From: Thermoflavifilum sp.
GTDB lineage: Bacteria > Bacteroidota > Bacteroidia > Chitinophagales > Chitinophagaceae
Direction: 5' to 3'
Length of the DNA: 64,000 nucleotides
Assembly (NCBI RefSeq): GCF_014961315.1
Contig: NZ_CP063141.1
Coordinates: forward strand, 2,591,123 to 2,655,122
Part shown: piece by piece, positions 59,741 to 64,000 of the stretch
How positions within the stretch are numbered: position 1 is the stretch's first letter
Layout of the letters: each line of letters begins with the position of its first letter
Notes under the pieces: generated by a model
Told to the model about the DNA's origin: nothing
The model's input: only the letters and a program-made list of their open reading frames with translations
The model's database searches: none
Made by a program: the position numbers and the translations under genes

Positions 59741-60214
59741 ATGGAAAACATCTGTGTATTCCCCGGAACCTTCGACCCCATCACACTCGGCCATGTGGAT
59801 ATTATCCAGCGCGCCCTGCAACTGTTTGATCGGGTCATCGTGGGAGTAGGCGTGAATGCCCTGAAGCAACCCATGTTCAGCATCGAGCAAAGGATAAACT
59901 GGATTAAAGCGGTGTTTGCAAATGAACCTCGTGTGGAAGCAGAGGCTTATGAGGGACTGACCGTGGCTTTTTGTCGAAAAAAACACGCACGCTTTATCCT
60001 GCGTGGCATTCGTTACGTGAGCGATTTTGAATATGAAAAGTCGATTGCGGACATGAATCGTGCACTGGCACCCGAAATTGAAACGGTTTTCCTTACTTCC
60101 ACAGCTGCTTATGCAACCACCGCCTCCACCTTAATCCGGGATGTGATCCGTAACGGAGGCGATATTTCGGCATTCGTGCCCGAAGTGGTATATCGTTCAT
60201 TGCAGGCAGGATGA
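59741..60214 (+). CDS. coaD: phosphopantetheine adenylyltransferase
   Basis: MENICVFPGTFDPITLGHVDII (T/HxGH), ..RGIR..SDFEYE.., ISSTLIRD-like STLIRDV. ATG at 59741. Confidence 0.95.
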   Translation: MENICVFPGTFDPITLGHVDIIQRALQLFDRVIVGVGVNALKQPMFSIEQRINWIKAVFANEPRVEAEAYEGLTVAFCRKKHARFILRGIRYVSDFEYEKSIADMNRALAPEIETVFLTSTAAYATTASTLIRDVIRNGGDISAFVPEVVYRSLQAG

Positions 60215-60223
60215 AGAAGAGCC

Positions 60224-61582
60224 TTATTCTTCAATGGGTTCCAGTTGAAACTGATTGAGAAACTGCGTGGTAAATTCGCCACGGCGAAATGCTTCGTTGC
60301 GCATGAGCTGCAGGTGAAAAGGAATGGTGGTTTTAATGCCTTCGATGACAAATTCGCTCAATGCACGTTCCATGGTAGATATGGCCTCTTCGCGCGTCTG
60401 CGCCACCGTGATCAACTTGGCAACAAGCGAATCATAAAAAGGAGGAATTACATAACCGGCGTAAATATGTGAATCTACCCGCACACCATGACCGCCCGGC
60501 ACATGCAGGGTAGTGATGCGACCCGGACTTGGACGGAAATCGTTGAATGGATCTTCGGCATTGATACGGCATTCAATGGCATGCATCTGAGGATAATAGT
60601 TTTTTCCGGAAATGGGCACGCCAGCCGCAATTTTAATTTGCTCTTTAATCAAATCGAAATTGATCACTTCTTCTGTAACCCCATGCTCCACTTGAATGCG
60701 CGTATTCATTTCCATGAAATAGAAATTGCGATACTTATCCACCAGAAACTCAACCGTACCCACACTTTCATAGTTGATTGCCTGGGCAGCGCGAACGGCC
60801 GCTTCGCCCATTTTTTCCCGCAGCTCAGGCGTCATGAAGGGAGAGGGGGATTCTTCTACGAGCTTTTGATGGCGGCGTTGAATAGAACAATCTCGTTCAC
60901 TGAGATGACAGACCCGGCCATATTGATCACCGGCAATTTGAAACTCAATATGTCGGGGCTCTTCAATGTATTTCTCCATGTATATGCCGTCGTTGTTGAA
61001 CGCCGCTTTCGCTTCGGCACGGGCTACCTGAAATTGCTTTTCCAGTTCAGCTTCTTCCCATACCACCCGCATACCCTTTCCTCCGCCACCGGCGGTTGCT
61101 TTTAAAATGACGGGATATCCAATTTCTCGCGCCAGCGACCTGGCCTCATCCAGGCTGCTCAACAGCCCTTCCGACCCGGGAATAACCGGCACCCCCGCAG
61201 CAATCATGGTTTCTTTGGCCGTCATTTTATCACCCATTTTGCGAATCATCTCGGCCGTTGGACCAATGAATTTGATGCCATGCTCGGCACAGATCTCCGC
61301 AAAACGGGCATTTTCGGCTAAAAAGCCATATCCCGGATGAATGGCATCGGCATTGGTGATTTCAGCCGCAGCCATAATATGAGGGATATTCAGATACGAT
61401 TCCGTACTGGCAGGCTTGCCAATACATACGGCTTCATCGGCAAATTTCACATGCAGGCTTTCCCGATCTGCAGTAGAATAAATGGCTACCGTTTTAATAC
61501 CCATTTCCTTACAGGTGCGAATGACCCGCAGGGCTATTTCTCCTCGATTGGCTATCAGTATTTTCTTAAACATGTCGTTCAC
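60224..61582 (-). CDS. accC: acetyl-CoA carboxylase biotin carboxylase subunit
   Basis: 452 aa. [19 protein letters not shown]-grasp [20 protein letters not shown]. Confidence 0.97.
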   Translation of the reverse strand: MNDMFKKILIANRGEIALRVIRTCKEMGIKTVAIYSTADRESLHVKFADEAVCIGKPASTESYLNIPHIMAAAEITNADAIHPGYGFLAENARFAEICAEHGIKFIGPTAEMIRKMGDKMTAKETMIAAGVPVIPGSEGLLSSLDEARSLAREIGYPVILKATAGGGGKGMRVVWEEAELEKQFQVARAEAKAAFNNDGIYMEKYIEEPRHIEFQIAGDQYGRVCHLSERDCSIQRRHQKLVEESPSPFMTPELREKMGEAAVRAAQAINYESVGTVEFLVDKYRNFYFMEMNTRIQVEHGVTEEVINFDLIKEQIKIAAGVPISGKNYYPQMHAIECRINAEDPFNDFRPSPGRITTLHVPGGHGVRVDSHIYAGYVIPPFYDSLVAKLITVAQTREEAISTMERALSEFVIEGIKTTIPFHLQLMRNEAFRRGEFTTQFLNQFQLEPIEE

Positions 61583-61591
61583 TTAGCTTGA

Positions 61592-62095
61592 TTATACCGG
61601 CTCAACAAGAAACAACGGTTGGTCAAATTCAACCGGAGAAGCATCTTCCACCAACACCTTCACGATTCTGCCCGAGACCTCACTTTCAATTTCATTAAAC
61701 AATTTCATCGCCTCAATGATGCACACCACCTGCCCGGGCTTCACCTCATCGCCCACATTCACAAAAGGCGGCTTATCGGGCGATGGACTTCGGTAAAAAG
61801 TGCCAATCATGGGCGATTTTATGGTGATATAATTTTCTTCTCTGGGTGCGGCTGCTGCGGCTGGTGCAGGCTGTGTTGCGGGTTGTGGAGCGGGTGATGC
61901 CGGCGGGAGGGAAGAGGGGGGCATAGCAGCTACAGGCGGAACCATGGCATAAGCAGGCTGCACGAGTGGAGCCCCTTCACCGGAATGATCCTTCTGCTTA
62001 ATGGTAATTTTGAAATTTTCCTCTTCAATACTGATTTCACTGATGTTGGATTTGCTGACCAGCTTGATGAGCTCCTGAATCTGTTTAAAGTCCAT
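61592..62095 (-). CDS. accB: acetyl-CoA carboxylase biotin carboxyl carrier protein
   Basis: Pro/Ala-rich linker and the biotinylation motif [13 protein letters not shown]. Confidence 0.95.
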   Translation of the reverse strand: MDFKQIQELIKLVSKSNISEISIEEENFKITIKQKDHSGEGAPLVQPAYAMVPPVAAMPPSSLPPASPAPQPATQPAPAAAAAPREENYITIKSPMIGTFYRSPSPDKPPFVNVGDEVKPGQVVCIIEAMKLFNEIESEVSGRIVKVLVEDASPVEFDQPLFLVEPV

Positions 62096-62146
62096 GTATG
62101 TAGGTTTATGTGAACAATCACACGATCCGTTGACCGGAATCGGCTA

Positions 62147-62713
62147 TTATGCTTTTACACGCTCGACATATTCTCCTGTGCGCGTATCCACCCGTATCAG
62201 CTCATCATTATCCACAAACAAAGGCACCATAATCGTAGCTCCCGTTTCAACCTGAGCCGGTTTCATGGCTCGCGTAGCCGTATCGCCTTTTAACCCGGGT
62301 TCGGTATACGTCACGCGCAAAACTATTTTATCGGGCAATTCCACACTAATCGGTTGATCGTTTTCGGTATTGATAAGCATAAAACATTCCTGACCCTCCT
62401 TGTAAAATTCAGGCCGATCGACCTGTGCTTCATTCAGCGCAATTTGTTCATACGTGGTATTGTCCATGAAATAATAAGCAGTTTCATCTTTATATAAAAA
62501 CTGACAGGGTTTTTTTTCAATTCTAACGGGATAAATGGTATCGCCCGAATTCCAGGTATGCTCAATGGTTTTACCTGTTTCCACACTTTTTAGTTTAGCC
62601 CACACCTTTGCAGCAGCTCGTGCGGTTTTATTCTGCCCGAAATCTACAACTTGATAAAGTTCATTGCCTAATTTAATGGTGAGACCCATGCGAATGTCTG
62701 CAGTCGTTGCCAT
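62147..62713 (-). CDS. efp: translation elongation factor P
   Basis: MATTADIRMGLTIKLGNELYQVVDF.. and ..KPAQVETGATIMVPLFV. Start moved to the internal ATG, giving 188 aa. Confidence 0.95.
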   Translation of the reverse strand: MATTADIRMGLTIKLGNELYQVVDFGQNKTARAAAKVWAKLKSVETGKTIEHTWNSGDTIYPVRIEKKPCQFLYKDETAYYFMDNTTYEQIALNEAQVDRPEFYKEGQECFMLINTENDQPISVELPDKIVLRVTYTEPGLKGDTATRAMKPAQVETGATIMVPLFVDNDELIRVDTRTGEYVERVKA

Positions 62714-62905
62714 AGTTTCATGAATTAAACAGCAAATAAAATGCGTTAAGGATTCGCAAAGGTAAAAAAGAAAAATTTTTTCCAACCCTCTCTATACCTG
62801 AAGCTACTGCTGGTGTGAACTTACAAAACGATTAACAATATTCAAAAAAGAATTTACCAAAAACCCTTTAACTTTACCCATTATTCTGTCAGAAATAGAA
62901 AAGAT

Positions 62906-63436
62906 ATGCAATCCTTTCGTTTGACGGCATCCATGACTTGTTTATTAACAGTAGCTACATGGCTCATTTCCGGTACTGCTGCATGTGCGCAGGATAATGC
63001 CGGCGATCAACCCCTGTTTCTCAGATATCCGACGATACCACATTTCACTGTCATTACAGCCGATGGAAAGAGCTTCACGGAAAAAGATTTAAAGAAAAAC
63101 ACTCCCACACTTATTTTCCTGTTCAGTGTGGATTGCGAACACTGTCATCATGAAACGGAAGATATCGTGCAACATATCCATCAATTTAAAGGCACTCAAA
63201 TCCTTATGGTTACACATTTCCCTGTGAATGATATGACTCAATATGCACATGATTATCACCTCGATCAATATCCCCGCATCATCACGGTGGCAACCGATGA
63301 AAAACGATGGCTGTTGAGTTTTTATCGATTACACTTCTTTCCAGGATTGTATATTTACAATGCAAATAACCAGCTCGTTTACCATGCGGAAGGTACAAGG
63401 CCTGTAGATACGCTTTTGCATTATTTGAAGCCTTGA
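62906..63436 (+). CDS. thioredoxin-fold (TlpA/redoxin-like) protein
   Basis: Signal-like N-terminus and LIFLFSVDCEHCHHE with a CxxC motif in the usual thioredoxin-fold position. Confidence 0.7.
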   Translation: MQSFRLTASMTCLLTVATWLISGTAACAQDNAGDQPLFLRYPTIPHFTVITADGKSFTEKDLKKNTPTLIFLFSVDCEHCHHETEDIVQHIHQFKGTQILMVTHFPVNDMTQYAHDYHLDQYPRIITVATDEKRWLLSFYRLHFFPGLYIYNANNQLVYHAEGTRPVDTLLHYLKP

Positions 63437-63528
63437 TTCAGTATTCCGTTAAAATCCACAAATGGCTTTTGCATTCAGCTATAAAGGGCTAATTTTGTGC
63501 CCGTGTTATTTCATTCCATCCATTTTAA

Positions 63529-64000
<472 letters not shown>

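Noticed and set aside
7211-62785. N-terminal extensions in the ORF track (7211-7273 GH3, 16175-16309 GH31, 23909-23980 SatD, 24559-24591 DUF3307, 43336-43353 GH28, 45415-45462 lepA, 50510-50563 gmhB, 59071-59160 rsmD, 59585-59740 coaD, 62714-62785 efp).
   Set aside because: The longest-ORF starts overlap upstream genes or add non-conserved residues ahead of canonical N-termini or signal peptides. Internal ATGs that match the family N-termini were preferred.

Overview
This is a 64-kb chromosomal window that looks like a Bacteroidota genome, possibly Chitinophagales or Sphingobacteriales. That guess rests on bshC, a TonB-dependent receptor with a CarboxypepD_reg-type N-terminus, TAnnTTTG-type promoter boxes and a DUF3822-rsmD-coaD neighbourhood. 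It is inference, not a database result. Most of the window is densely packed housekeeping and carbohydrate-use genes:
- Glycolysis and central metabolism: pyk-pfkA, lpdA, mdh, glycerate kinase, proline dehydrogenase.
- Replication, translation and proteostasis: topoisomerase IV genes (parE and parC), rimO, lepA, efp, clpB, queG, rsmD.
- Cofactors and lipids: bshC, a UbiD-family decarboxylase, folB, coaD, accBC.
- Glycoside hydrolases GH3, GH31, GH2 and GH28, plus a sugar MFS transporter.
- A histidine kinase with a stand-alone receiver.
- A five-gene GDP-heptose-type sugar-nucleotide operon.
- A TPP riboswitch in front of a TonB-dependent receptor that appears frameshifted.

The one clearly accessory piece is an AT-rich insertion of about 1.1 kb (47540-48628). 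It is bracketed by perfect 41-bp direct repeats and splits an ECF-type sigma-70 gene. It carries two paralogous double-glycine-leader, bacteriocin-like peptides, a small 2-TM protein that could confer immunity, and the remnant of a divergent XRE-like regulator with two perfect palindromes. No processing or export ABC transporter and no mobility gene is present in the window.

I found no rRNA, tRNA, CRISPR array, transposase or integrase. All calls come from reading the supplied translations and the DNA by eye. No searches were run.
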